64,000 nt of DNA, from assembly GCF_028641065.1 (NCBI RefSeq), contig NC_073393.1, forward strand, positions 12,028,001-12,092,000. Reading direction: 5' to 3'. Position numbers and translations under genes: made by a program. A model generated the notes under the pieces. It was not told the DNA's origin. It made no database searches and saw only the letters and a program-made list of their open reading frames with translations. Positions 40,516 through 52,931 of this stretch are shown here, piece after piece (position 1 is the stretch's first letter; each line of letters starts with the position of its first letter). The stretch comes from Leucoraja erinacea (Eukaryota).

Positions 40516-41699
40516 AATGTCTTGGGAACACTGCAGAAAACGTTGACATGTGCAAGGACATAATTTGGAGCATTGTAAATATTGAGAGAATAGTAATAGA
40601 CTCAAGGGGTGGGGGAGGGAGGAAAAGGAAGAAACTGGAGGGGTAGGAAATGCAGACAGTCGATGAAATTCAATGCAGGAAAAAGGTAGCACAAACTTGT
40701 TAGAAAAATATGAAAGATTAGGCAAGGTAAATGCAACATTTCAAAGGTAAAGCAGGAGGAAAACAAATCCAAGGTTGTCCAATCTCTTCTCACAGCTAAT
40801 CTCGTCTAATCCAGACAGTATTGTAGTAAACCTCTTATGCACCTTATCAAAAGCCTCCACATTCTTGTTCTAATAGGGCAACCAAATAGGGCAACCAAAA
40901 TGGCATACAATAGTCCAAATATAGCCTAAGAAGAGCCCTAGAAAGCTGCCATATAACTTCCTGACATACACAATGCCCCAACCTATCCTGGCAAGGATAT
41001 CATACGCCTTTTTTTATCATGGAAAAACAAAGAACTGCAGGCTCTTGTTTACTAAAAAAAATGACAAAAGTGTTGGAGTGAGACAGCTGGTCTGGTAGCA
41101 TCTTTGGAGAACATGATAGATGATATTTCAGGTTTGGGACCTTTATGGAATATCTCTTGTGTCCTAAAGGGTCCCGGCTCAAAACCCCACTTTATCCATG
41201 TTCTCCAGAGATGCTGCCCGACCTGCTGAGTTACTCTAGCATTGCAGACCATTGGGAAGTGTGTGTGGGGGGGGGGGGGGGGGGGGGGGGGGGGGAAAGA
41301 GAGGGGTGGGGGGAAATTACTGTTATTGCAGCTCATGGTGTAGCCCCCGAATACAGCACTTTCTTCAGGCCGCTACCACCGATAGGATGTGCTTGGTCAC
41401 CGTGGAACTCCCTCGCCTCTCATCAGCTGCCACTTCTACCTGTCGACTGTCGCTTTGTCTGTTCCCCATTCCACCTCAACCTCTTCCTCTTCTTCCTTTC
41501 CCATAGTCGCCAACATCTTTCAGGGTGGAGTGGGGTCACCGGTGAGATGGAGGGGGTAGCAGTAGAAGGGAGGGAAGGGAAGAGGGGGTATCCAGGTGGG
41601 CAGAGAGACGGGAGGTCTCTACATGGTTCTGTCTGCAAAGTTGTTAACCAACCCATTTACAATTATGCCCAAATCATTACATCTTTAGTGAGAATAACG

Positions 41700-42245
41700 T
41701 CGCAATCCTGCCTTCTATGAATTACCCTTGCTAAATCCAAACAACCAAGTCACCATGTATCCAACGCATCATAATCTTCTGGATCAGTCAACTTGAAGGA
41801 TTTCATCAAACTCCTCAATATAAAAACAGACATCCACTAGATATCTTCACCACCTGTTCAAAAATTTCCAAGTTCGTGAGATATGACCTGGCACAGACAA
41901 TGGCCATGCTCACTGTCCCTAATTATATCATGCTCTAACAAAGCAACAAAATCCTACTCGGAATACTCCTTCCTCTCCAGTAGCATCCCAACTAATGACG
42001 CGAGGCTCACCTGTCTATAATTTCTCGATTCTATCCATTTCGTTGCTTCAACAAAGTAACAATATTGGCTACTCTCCAATAACAATATTGGCAAGTCCAC
42101 CAGGAGCTTGTCTGTGGCTAGAGAAGATAAAGATCTTCAAGGACCCTGCAGCCCCCTCCCTCTCTCAATAACCTGGGATAGATCCCATCAGGCTCTGAAG
42201 ATTATCCACCTTAATGCTCTTCAGGAGCCCCAACACCACCATCAT
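41700..42245 (-). mobile_element. Degraded CR1 LINE RT fragment
   Basis: Reverse-strand remnants of NYR.VSL, HG.V..RS and VDVF..EEFDE motifs. Confidence 0.6.
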
Positions 42246-44541
42246 GATTTATTAACTCCCTAGTAGACGGAGCTTTTGAGACGACTTCTGCAGATTCTTT
42301 CAATTGCATCTTGTGAAATACGTGGCAGAACAGAAGAGGAAAAAGAAAAAATATGGATGCTGGAAATCCGAAATAAAACAAATAAATTCTGCAAGTTAAT
42401 AAAGTTTTAAGTTGTAGAAGACAAGGAAGACAGGAACAAGAAAAGAGCAGCGAAAGATATCTGGGGTGATAATAGGATTAATTAGGAAATTAAAGTCTTG
42501 GGAAATGAAAATATTTTTTTAATCTCAAGTAGTTGAAATTTGTGTAAAAGTGTTCAGCTCGAAATATTTCATTGTTTTGCAGCTACATTAGAACAAAGCA
42601 CGATTCCATGGTCAGGGTGTGAAAAAGAAATAAAGTGACCTAAAAAAGCTCAAGTTCTTGAGAATGAATGGATGTTTTCCACAACTCAGTCGAACAATTT
42701 GTACCAGATCGCCACATTGCAAAATGTACATCATAACATTAAATGCAGCACAGTCAATTGTAAACAATGCATACTAAATGGCAAGCACTAGAGGAAAACT
42801 GTTATTTTATTTGAAGATGCTTTGGAAAAGGAAGAAATAAAAAGGCAGGTGTTACATCTCTTGCAGCTGCAAAGGAAGTGAAAAGGGGAGCAAATGTCAT
42901 TTAAGTAAATGAGAGAAGCACAAGGACTACAGTTGTAGCAAAAAAATACTTTTACAATAGTTAAACATAAGGATATGTGTGTATTGGTGATATTGTAATA
43001 GAAAATATGGGAACTCGTGATTGAATTTCGTGTTTGGGTGGAGAAAAGTAAGGTCCAGGGAACACTATTCCAGTTTTGGAAGGCTTGAGAGAAGTGCAGG
43101 TATAAGTTCTACGTAATCATTTCATCTTTCACAGATGCCACCTGGCCTGTTATGCACTTCCAGAACATGCTCTATTTCACATTTCCAGCCAACATTTCGC
43201 TTTTACTTGAAAGTTATTTTCATTTCACACAAACTCTTTCACATGCTCAAAGTAAGTGTTGGATTATGCCCTTGTGAAAAACATTCTGATTAAGCTAGCC
43301 TTTGAATATTTGCATACCCCTGTACTCTTAAATATCCATCTCCTTTTCCAATTCATCTCTTTAATATGGCATCTAGTTTCACCTTTGTGCACACATTGAC
43401 CTTTAAAAAAAAAAAAAAAAGAGCTGCCAGAGGAAGCAGTTGAAGCAGAGGCAAAAGCATGCAAAAGACATTTTGACGGATACATGAATAGGAAAGGTGT
43501 ATAGGGATTTAGGACTGGGTTTTGAGATGGTCATTTTGGCCGAGGGGCTATTACTGTGCTGCATGACTCTACATATTTTCAAATTTGTAAATAAATAATA
43601 AACTATTTAAGTCTGCATTCATAATAAAATTCTGTTAACTCAAGTAGAAATTCAACAAAAATCTGCATGTGCTGAAACTCTGATTAAAAAGAAAATATTG
43701 AATCTGATGAAGAATCATTGACTTGACATGTTTCTCGCTTTGCCTGACCTACTGGGCAAAAGGCACAAATTCACAAATGCCAAATTGGCAATTGGGGTCA
43801 CTAAAATCATGAATGCCACAATTTGCATAACAATAAGTTTTAAATTTCTTTATTATTACTGTCCTATCAGAAATTAAAAAGATCCAAAGAAGAGTACCGA
43901 TCCGAAACATCCCCTGTTCAACCTGCTAGGTTCTTCCACAATTTGCATTTTCACAAATAAAATGGGCTTGGAGAACATACCAGTGCAGATGCGAGTTTGA
44001 TCAGATCCGAGTTCACTCATGTACACAATTGGGTGGAGCCTTTTACTCATCATTAATGAATCATAACTCCATTAAAGTTCCCATAAAGCATTTCTGAGAA
44101 ATCGAAAACGGTGGCTCCTACATAAGAGAAAATGACTTTCACCTCTTCAATTATCCCTTTCTCAATTATTCTAAATTGCACTTGGGTAAACCTGGGCTGT
44201 GTTGTATTGCCATTGCCAACCCGATACAGTAAAGTTAAAACTTAAAATTGACAATAGAAGTTTGACAGGCGACTCAATCCTTCCGGGTGTAAAGACAGAA
44301 CTCCCGTCTGTCCCAACCCTAAAGTTAGACATAAAAGATGTGTGGAAAAACTTCAAGGCAGTCAGACTTCCCGAAATTCGACCCAAATACAGTACTTGGA
44401 ACTTCTTACGTTTTGTTCCACCTCCTCAGGGCCGTTGATCACCCTCGAGATGCAAAATAAGGTGGCGGGATGGGGAGGGGTTGAGGAAAAGTGGGAGCTC
44501 GACTGCAGGTAGTTAAGGGAGAGAGAGAGCGAAGCAACTTA

Positions 44542-45410
<869 letters not shown>

Positions 45411-46213
45411 TTCATTCAATCCCATCCTTTGAAGGTATCTTACACACAACTGGAAGAAGATGAGTGAGGGGGGAAAGAAAAAAGAAATGTACTGCAAAAA
45501 AAGTGACACAAAGTGCTGGAGTCACATCACTCCAATAGTCAGGGGTCAGCCATCCAAATATGACTGCTTCCTTCTGTTTATTTACAATTCTCAATATGTG
45601 CTAACATAGTTTATTGTAAGCAACTGTAGATGCTGATTTACACTGAAGATATGCACAAATGCGGGAATCTTTGGTGCTTATGCTAACAATATCCCACGAG
45701 GGACACCAACTGCATTGTACTTTATCACTTACCTTAGTTCCACTTTATCTGCTGCTTGCACCGTTAAAATAACTCAATATACAATTGTTAAGCCGAATTT
45801 CCCTTCCATGCAATCATGTTGTCTTTGCTTAATAATATTGTGATTGCCTTTCCATCCTTTTTGCCACATAAATATAATTTTATATATATATTTTCCATAC
45901 TGATTTGAGGTATCTTTACTGTAATTCATTGCTCCCCCATTGAGTAGTGGGGTTGCCTTTGCTATCTTCCAATCCATCATCACCTCTGCAAAACTACCTT
46001 GATCCAGCTATTAATTTTTGAACCCAAGGCATTTTAAATTATCTTATTTGTGCTACCAATTACTTCATCTCCACAAAACTATTGACGCATCTAACCTCTC
46101 CCATCCTGCTTTGGCTCCTAGCTTTGTTCCTGCATGTAAAATTATGCAGACCTGACCACATTTAGACAATTATTCATCCACCAGTACATGCTCCAAGTCA
46201 ACTATATTAAGCA

Positions 46214-46949
46214 CTAGACTAAGTGGGACCCGTTGGGTCCCAGCATCACACAGGAGGGCTTGTCCCCCAACGCAATATTCCACCTCTCCACCAATTCCAA
46301 TATTGGTGGCCAAGTGGTGGGGGGTGGGGGTCTTTCTGGAGCGTTAGTACGGGTGTTGTGGGCTGAAGGGACTAGTTTCCAGTGGGCTAGTATGGACATT
46401 GTGGGCCAAACGGATTCTTGGGCTGGTGGTTCGGTTACTCAAGCATGTTGTGCTGGCAGCTCACTCATTCACGGCTGGTGGGCTGGCAGTTGACATGACT
46501 ATTCCTTGAAATTCCATTTCAAGCAGGGTGCAAGGCCACCAAATTCAAATGCAGTTTCTTACCACTTCAAGCAGGGTGCAAGGCCACCAAATTTAAGTGC
46601 AGTTTCATACCATTTCAAGCAGGGTGCAAGGCCACTAAAGACAGCGAGTCATGACCTCGCCCTCCTCCATCTTGCAGAGACTGCCATGCCCACACTTCTG
46701 GGTTTTATAGTCCCTCCCCCTCCCACCAGAAGGGGCGTGGCCTTCATGGCATGATTGACAGGAGAGAGAATCTCAACATTTTTCAAACACTAATAACTCT
46801 TATTTTTCTTCGATGGGAAAAATCCTCGGTAGGAGGGGGACTGAGTAAGATGTCCATGAATCACAGCCGTACGTGATAGTGTTTTTTTTCTAAAATCAAT
46901 ATAAAGCGCAAACAGGAAGTAGTCAAGATTAGACTTTTAATTATATAGA
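46214..46949 (-). mobile_element. Non-autonomous Helitron
   Basis: Minus strand begins TCTATATAATTAAAAG and ends with hairpin TGGGACCC-AAC-GGGTCCCA then CTAG|T. Internal ~48-bp tandem repeat x3 (46515-46636). Confidence 0.82.
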
Positions 46950-46967
46950 AGGCAAGGCAACTTTAAT

Positions 46968-47724
46968 TAGGCAACACAGCTTTAGCATTTCCAAACCAAA
47001 GGCAACACAGCTTTAGCATTTCCAAACCAAAGGCGACACAGCTTTAAGTAGGTAAGTAAGTTTATTGGCCAAGTATTCACATACAAGGAATTTGCCTTGG
47101 TGCTCTGCCCACAAGTAACAACATGACATACAGTGACAGTTACGAATGACTCAGAAAACACTAAACATTAATAATAATAAGACATTAATGATAAAACACC
47201 ATTGATCAAGCATGTGAACCAACAAAATACCAGATCAAAGGAAGGCTACAAATCTTTGCTTGTTGAGTAGAGCAACTACTCGTGGATAAAAACAGTTTTT
47301 ATGTCTGGCTGTTGCAGCTTTGACAGTCCGGAGTCATCTTCCAGAAGGAAGTTATTCAAAGAGTTTGTGGCCAGGGTGCGAGGGGTCAGTGATGATCTTG
47401 CCCGCTCGTTTCCTGGCCCTTCCAGTGTACAGTTCATCAATGGAGGGAAGGTTGCAGCCAATAATCTTCTCTGCTGATCAGACGATTCGCTGCAGCCTCC
47501 AGGTGTCGTGCTTGGTGGCTGAGCCAAACCAGACCATGATGGAGAAGGTGAGAACAGACTCTACGATGGCTGTGTAGAATTGGACCATCAATGCCTGTGG
47601 CAGATTGTGCTTCCTCAGCTGCCGCAGGAAGTACATCCCCTGTTGTGCCTTTTCGACTTTAGCATTTCCAAACCAAAGGCGACACAGCTTTAGCATTTCC
47701 AAACCAAAGGCAACACAGCTTTAG
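46968..47724. repeat. ~31-bp minisatellite (AAGGCAACACAGCTTTAGCATTTCCAAACCA)n interrupted by a LINE
   Basis: Units at 46968-47046 resume at 47657-47724. Confidence 0.85.
47047..47656 (-). mobile_element. Rex1/Babar LINE 3' fragment
   Basis: KAQQGMYFLRQLRK...FYTAIVESVLTFSIMVWFG; tail ...AATAAACTTACTTAC. Confidence 0.88.
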
Positions 47725-47756
47725 AATTTAGTCTATGCTTAGACTATGCATAGACC

Positions 47757-48960
47757 AGGCGACCATTTCACTGAACACTTGCGCTCGGTTCGTCAAGGTC
47801 TGTTGGATATCTGTTGGATATCCTAGTTGCTAACCATTTTATCTCCTCTTCCATATTGACCTTTCTGTCCTGGACTCCTCCACCATTGCCGCATGCAAAC
47901 TGGAGGAACTATTCTCTTGGGTAGCTTGCAACCCAACGGTATAAACATTGGATTCTCCAATTTTTGGTAACCAACCTACAAACTTGAAAGAGTGGGTTTA
48001 CGGGAACTAATTTTAACCTCATGTAAAAGACCAAATCTAATCAATACTTCACTCCCACAGCACCGCGTTGAATTGCACGCCAGGATTTTGCTCACAAATC
48101 CTCAAGTCCCAGACTTAGTTTAATGGGAAGTTGATCAATAAAGAGTTAAAGTAACATCAATACATTTTGCTAACCATTTTAACATGTCTTCCCATTCCCG
48201 TACTGATCTTTCTGTCCTGGGACTCCTCCATTATCAGAGTGAGGCCACTTGCAAACTGGAGGAAAAACACCTCATATTCTGCTTGAGTAGCTTACAACCC
48301 AACGTTATAAACATTGAATTCTCCAATTTTAGGTAACAACAAAACCCTCCCCCTGTCCATACTTCCTCCACATTCTCCTCGCTTCAGGAATACGGAGAGA
48401 AAAGAAATGAGCAGAAGGAGAAGGGGAATTGCTGAATGGGTGCATGAGAAGTTTGGTGTAGCCTCACTCTCAGTGGGGGAGTCCAAGGGCAGACAGGTAG
48501 GTATCGGAATTGGAAGGGAAATTAAAATGTTCAGCAACTGAGCTCCAGCAGATCCTTGTGAACAAATCGCAAGTGTTTATCAAAGTGGTTGTCTAGTCTA
48601 TGCACATCGACGTACAAGAGGCCACATCATGTTTTAGGAGCAGAATTAGGCCATTCGGCACATCAAGTCTACTGTGCCATCAGTCATGGCTGATCTATCT
48701 TTCCCTCTCAACCCCATTCTCCTGCCTTTGCCCCGTTACCCCTGACACCCTTACTAATCAAAAGCTGTCTCCAATAGACCAGGTCGGAAAAGGTGCAAGT
48801 AAACCCCTCTCCCACTGTAAGCCCGGAGGTGAGGGAGGAGGTTAGGGACAGGCAATGGTGCCTTCAATGTAGTCCCACCACCAGTCGCATCTTCCCATCT
48901 CCACCACTTTCAACACAGACCACGCTCTCCAAGATTCCTTGGTTCACTCATCTCTCCCAT
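47757..48960. mobile_element. Cluster of degraded Penelope GIY-YIG fragments in both orientations, plus a CR1 tail
   Basis: Repeated DHF.EHLRSV, VANHF, DLSVLGLLH, KLEE.HLIF.L.SLQP.INIEFSNF remnants (47757-47970 +, 48165-48335 +, ~48400-48600 -, 48850-48960 +). Confidence 0.75.
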
Positions 48961-50397
48961 CGTGAGGCACTTTCACCAACTACCTACGTAAAGGCACTAT
49001 CATCCTGAACTTCTTCTCAAGCAAATGATATTCAAAGAAAAAAATAATGAAAACTGACTGCAGTATTATACAGTTGTATCTGCAGAGTTTATAATAAATA
49101 TATGAGATACATAAGAGATCTCAAACATTCACATTCAACATTCACATGGAAAGAAACCTTCCGTAAATGTTTTATCTCTTGTGGTTGCATGAAACTCTTG
49201 CCTCTTTCTGTGCTGACTCTGGATAGTTTGGGGGTAAATACAATTTAACCAATTCATTAAAAAAAAAGTACAATTATATTTTTCTGGGTACAACTAAAAC
49301 AGTTGAATGGGCTTCATGTGGGAGATTTCAAGACTACCAAGAATATATATATTAAAAATATTAGTCTCAATAGAACTGAGCAGAGACAATGAGGGGGATA
49401 TGATAATTGGTGTCGTTGGGTTGGAACAAAAAGATTCAGTTAAAATCCTCATTCACGGTTACCTCCCTGTTACTCTCATTGCAGGAAGGAACTTCCCAAT
49501 CATTTGGTTCTATTAACTGGGAATCAGTGGCAAAAACAAACATTTCTCAGTTATGTTTGCCCAAATCTGATGTGAAGCAGATCAACGAAGCATTGCATGC
49601 ATCGCAGGTAGAATCATTTATAATGCAAACCCCATATTAAATCAACCTATTATCTGCAGTTCTATATAATTAAATAATATGTTAAAGGGATGTAGAAGAC
49701 AAAAAAAATGCAGAAAAAAGCATTCAGATATAATGAGAAATGTATAGTATGTGATAAGACCAGGAACGATTGCTATAAATACATGTTTAAAGCTAGTCAC
49801 ATTTTACAACAATTACTTAAAATATAGTAAGAAATGATAGTAAAATTAACAACGGTTGAATTGAGTTTTACTATCTTTGGTGTAAACCAGTATCTGCAGT
49901 TCCTTCCTACACTGTTTCAGTTTTAGTGGGCATTACGGAAAAGTTCCAGTTGAATTTCTTGTCACTGTGAGCACAACCACACAGATAAGAGTTTATCAGC
50001 CAGACTTTAAAGACACACATTCTCAACAGCACCACACCCCGATGGCTACTGGAATGTTGATGACAAAGATGTGGCTGCCCCTGTTCTGCAAGAGAAGAGG
50101 AAATGTGCTTCCAAGTTCAGTGAAACGTAGTTGGAGAAGCTGATAAACAATGGCACCCACAGGGATGCCCTGTGTTCAAGGAAGTGACAATAGTTAAACC
50201 TCCGGGTGAGGCAACATCTATGGAGAGAAGGAATAGGCGACGTTTTGGGTCGAGGCCCTTCTTCAGTTTCTCCAGCATTATTTGAGTTTCTCCAGCATTT
50301 TTTGTCTACCTTCGATTTTTTCAGCATCTGCAGTTCTTTGATCTGATCCACTGATTTTGGCAAACATGCCTCAGTTCTGCTTGGTTTGGCCATTGAA

Positions 50398-50705
50398 TAC
50401 AAACATAGAAAATAGATGCAAGAGGAGGCCATTCGGCCCTTCGAGCCAGCACCGCCATTCATTGTGATCATCCACGATCAGTAACCCGTGTCCGCTTTCT
50501 CCCCATATCCCTTGATTCTGCTAGCCCCAAGAGCTCTATCTAACTCTCTTTAAAATTAATCTAGTGAATTGGCCTCCACTGCCTTCCGTGGCAGAGAATT
50601 CCACAAATTCACAACTCTATGGGTGAAAAAGTTTTTTCTCATCTCAGTTTTAAATGTCCTCCCCTTTATTCTTAGACTGTGGCCCCTGCTGGACTCCCAA
50701 AACAT
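50398..50705 (-). mobile_element. CR1 3' tail
   Basis: RGHSLRIKGR.FKTEMRKNFFT.RVVNLWNSLP; same tail as 5290-5608. Confidence 0.88.
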
Positions 50706-50707
50706 TA

Positions 50708-51011
50708 AGAGATAAAGCGCGGGAACTGGCTCTTCGGCCCACCGAGTCCGTACCGACCAGCGATCCCCGCACATTAACACATCCTACACACACAAAGGAC
50801 AATTTATAAATATACCAAGCCAATTAACCTACAAACCTGCACGTCTTTGGAGTGTGGGAGGAAACCGAATATCTCGGAGAAAACCCACGCGGTCACGAGG
50901 AAAATGTACAAATTCCATACAGATAGCATCTGTAGTCAGGTTCGAACCCAAATCTCTGGCTCTGCAAGCGCTGTAAGGCAGCAAATCTACCGTTGCGCCA
51001 CCATGCCGCCC
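50708..51011 (-). mobile_element. tRNA-derived V-SINE (HE1-like), full length
   Basis: Head GGGCGGCATGGTGGCGCAACGGTAGA (A box) and GGGTTCGAACC (B box), V-domain-like core, CR1-type tail. Confidence 0.85.
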
Positions 51012-51499
51012 GTATGCCCATCACTCCCACCAATTCACTAGTTTAATGAAAACAAGTGCTTGAGAAGACTTCCCATGGCTACCTACAGGAGATTGCCACG
51101 GAGGTTTCTGTCAGGGACAACATAGACTACAGTAGAAACCAATTTTGCAAGAAACCCTCTCATTCTCCTGTATCCTCCAACCTTAGGATTGGAGCTTGCT
51201 AAATCACTCCCTCTTTGTCCCTCTTGCACTGTTTGTTCTCTCATTCACGCATACAACCTACTTATGATGTGCCTTCATTCTCCACAAACTACTGCCCTTC
51301 TCAATGCATTTTCCCATTCAACTATAGTTGAGCAACACCTGCCTTTTTACCTCTTGTCCCATTTTCCAGGAACCCATACAGTCCTTCCAGGTGAAGCAGC
51401 GATTAACTTATACTTCTCTCAATTTAGTACATATGAAGCTCACAGTATGGTTTCATTTACATTGGAGATATCAAATACCAATTGGTGACAGCTTATGTG

Positions 51500-51740
51500 T
51501 TGGAAGGAACTGCAGAGCAATGTGCTGGAGTAACTTAGCGGGTCAGGCACCATCTCTGGATAAAAAGAATGGGTGATGTTTCGGGTCGGAATCCTTCTTC
51601 AGACTGAAAGTTAGTCTGACTTTCTTGAAAGTTCTTGGCTTTCAGTCTGAAGAAGGGTTCCGACCCAAATTGTAATCCATCCTTTTTCTCCAGAGATGCT
51701 ACCCGACTACCTGAGTTACTCCAGCACTTCGTGTCTATCT
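51500..51740. mobile_element. Inverted pair of Penelope terminal repeats, each with a hammerhead-like motif, following a PLE fragment (51330-51490)
   Basis: Minus 51571-51606: CAGU CUGAAGA A GGAUUCCGACCC GAAAC AUC ACCC. Plus 51643-51680: CAGU CUGAAGA A GGGUUCCGACCC AAAU (degenerate). Confidence 0.8.
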
Positions 51741-51999
51741 TGCGTGACAGTTAGCTGAGCATGGTCTGCCTCAGTGAGCGGTGAGCTGATTGTTATCACT
51801 CTTTCCCTATCTCTGTTTATTTGCACTGACAATATGGTCCTTAAAGACAGCTCTTCCCTTCATAAGTGGCAAGCCCCATCTCCGGAATTGTTTTCTCAGC
51901 CAATCTGAGCTTTCAGCCAACAATCAGAGTAATTCTCCATACTACTTCCACTTTGATCTCTCCGTCTTCATTCTTCTCCTTTGCTTTGCTCGACATGGG

Positions 52000-52640
52000 A
52001 TACATGTACAATGTGCAGCGGGGTACAAGTACAACGTAAAATCACAGACACATAGACTCAGACAAAGACACAAAAACAAATTACACATAAGTTACACATA
52101 AATTACAGAATTTAAAAAAAAAGAAAGACATATTATGGCAAAAACATAATTAGAAAAAGAAGCAAGTCCATAGTGGTGCAAGAGATGTCCCATAATGTTC
52201 CATAGTCGAGGTAGAATTATGGCTGTGTAGGTTGCATCAAGAATTGGATTGTTGTAGGTATATAGCTGTTCCTTAATCTGGTGGTGTAGGTCTTCAGTCT
52301 TCTGAACCTCTTTGCCTGATGGTAGCAGTGAGAAGAGGGCATGGCCCGGATCATGGGGATCCTTGATACACAGACAATGGGTGCAGGAGTAGGCCATTCG
52401 GCCCTTCGAGCCAGCACCACCATTCAATGTGATCATGGCTGATCATCCACAATCAGTACCCCGTTCCTGCCTTCTTCCCATATCCCCTTGATTCTGCTAG
52501 CCCCAAGAGCTCTATCAAACTCTCTTTTGAATGCATCCAAGTAATCCGAAACATTAACACCCAGGAATTTGGAGTTTCTAACTCTCTACACCCACTGATC
52601 CATCAATAAATAACTGGGGCATGGTCTCCCGACAACTCCT
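52000..52640 (-). mobile_element. Rex1/Babar LINE fragment with a nested CR1 tail (52370-52540)
   Basis: IKDPHDPGHALFSLLPSGK and RRLKTYTTRLRNSYIP match the C-terminus of 60833-62035. Confidence 0.8.
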
Positions 52641-52764
52641 TTCTGAAATCCGCACAATGGCAATGTCCATCTTCAGTCATCCAGCAACAACAGTACTATA
52701 ATAATCTTGAATGGATTCACTCGGATTCACTTTGAGAAGCCTGTGCTGTCGTTCCATTATCCAA

Positions 52765-52931
52765 ATACGTGTGGGTTTGTAGGTTAATTGGCTTCTGTAA
52801 ATTGCTTCTAGTGTGTAGGAAGTGGGTGTGAAAATGGGATAACATAGAATTAGTGTGAACGGGTGATTGATGGTCGGCATGGACTCGGTGGGGAAAAGGG
52901 CTTGCTTCCAAGCTGCATCTCAAAACCAAAC
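52765..52931 (+). mobile_element. HE1-like SINE 3' half
   Basis: GGTTTGTAGGTTAATTGGC...GATGGTCGGCATGGACTCGGTGGG, the reverse complement of the 50708 copy. Confidence 0.75.

Noticed and set aside
46515-47724. Regularly spaced repeats resembling a CRISPR array
   Set aside because: Units are contiguous with no unique spacers; eukaryotic context and no cas genes. These are minisatellites.
50930-51011. tRNA gene
   Set aside because: The A/B boxes are the head of a SINE and continue into the SINE core and LINE tail; no complete cloverleaf.
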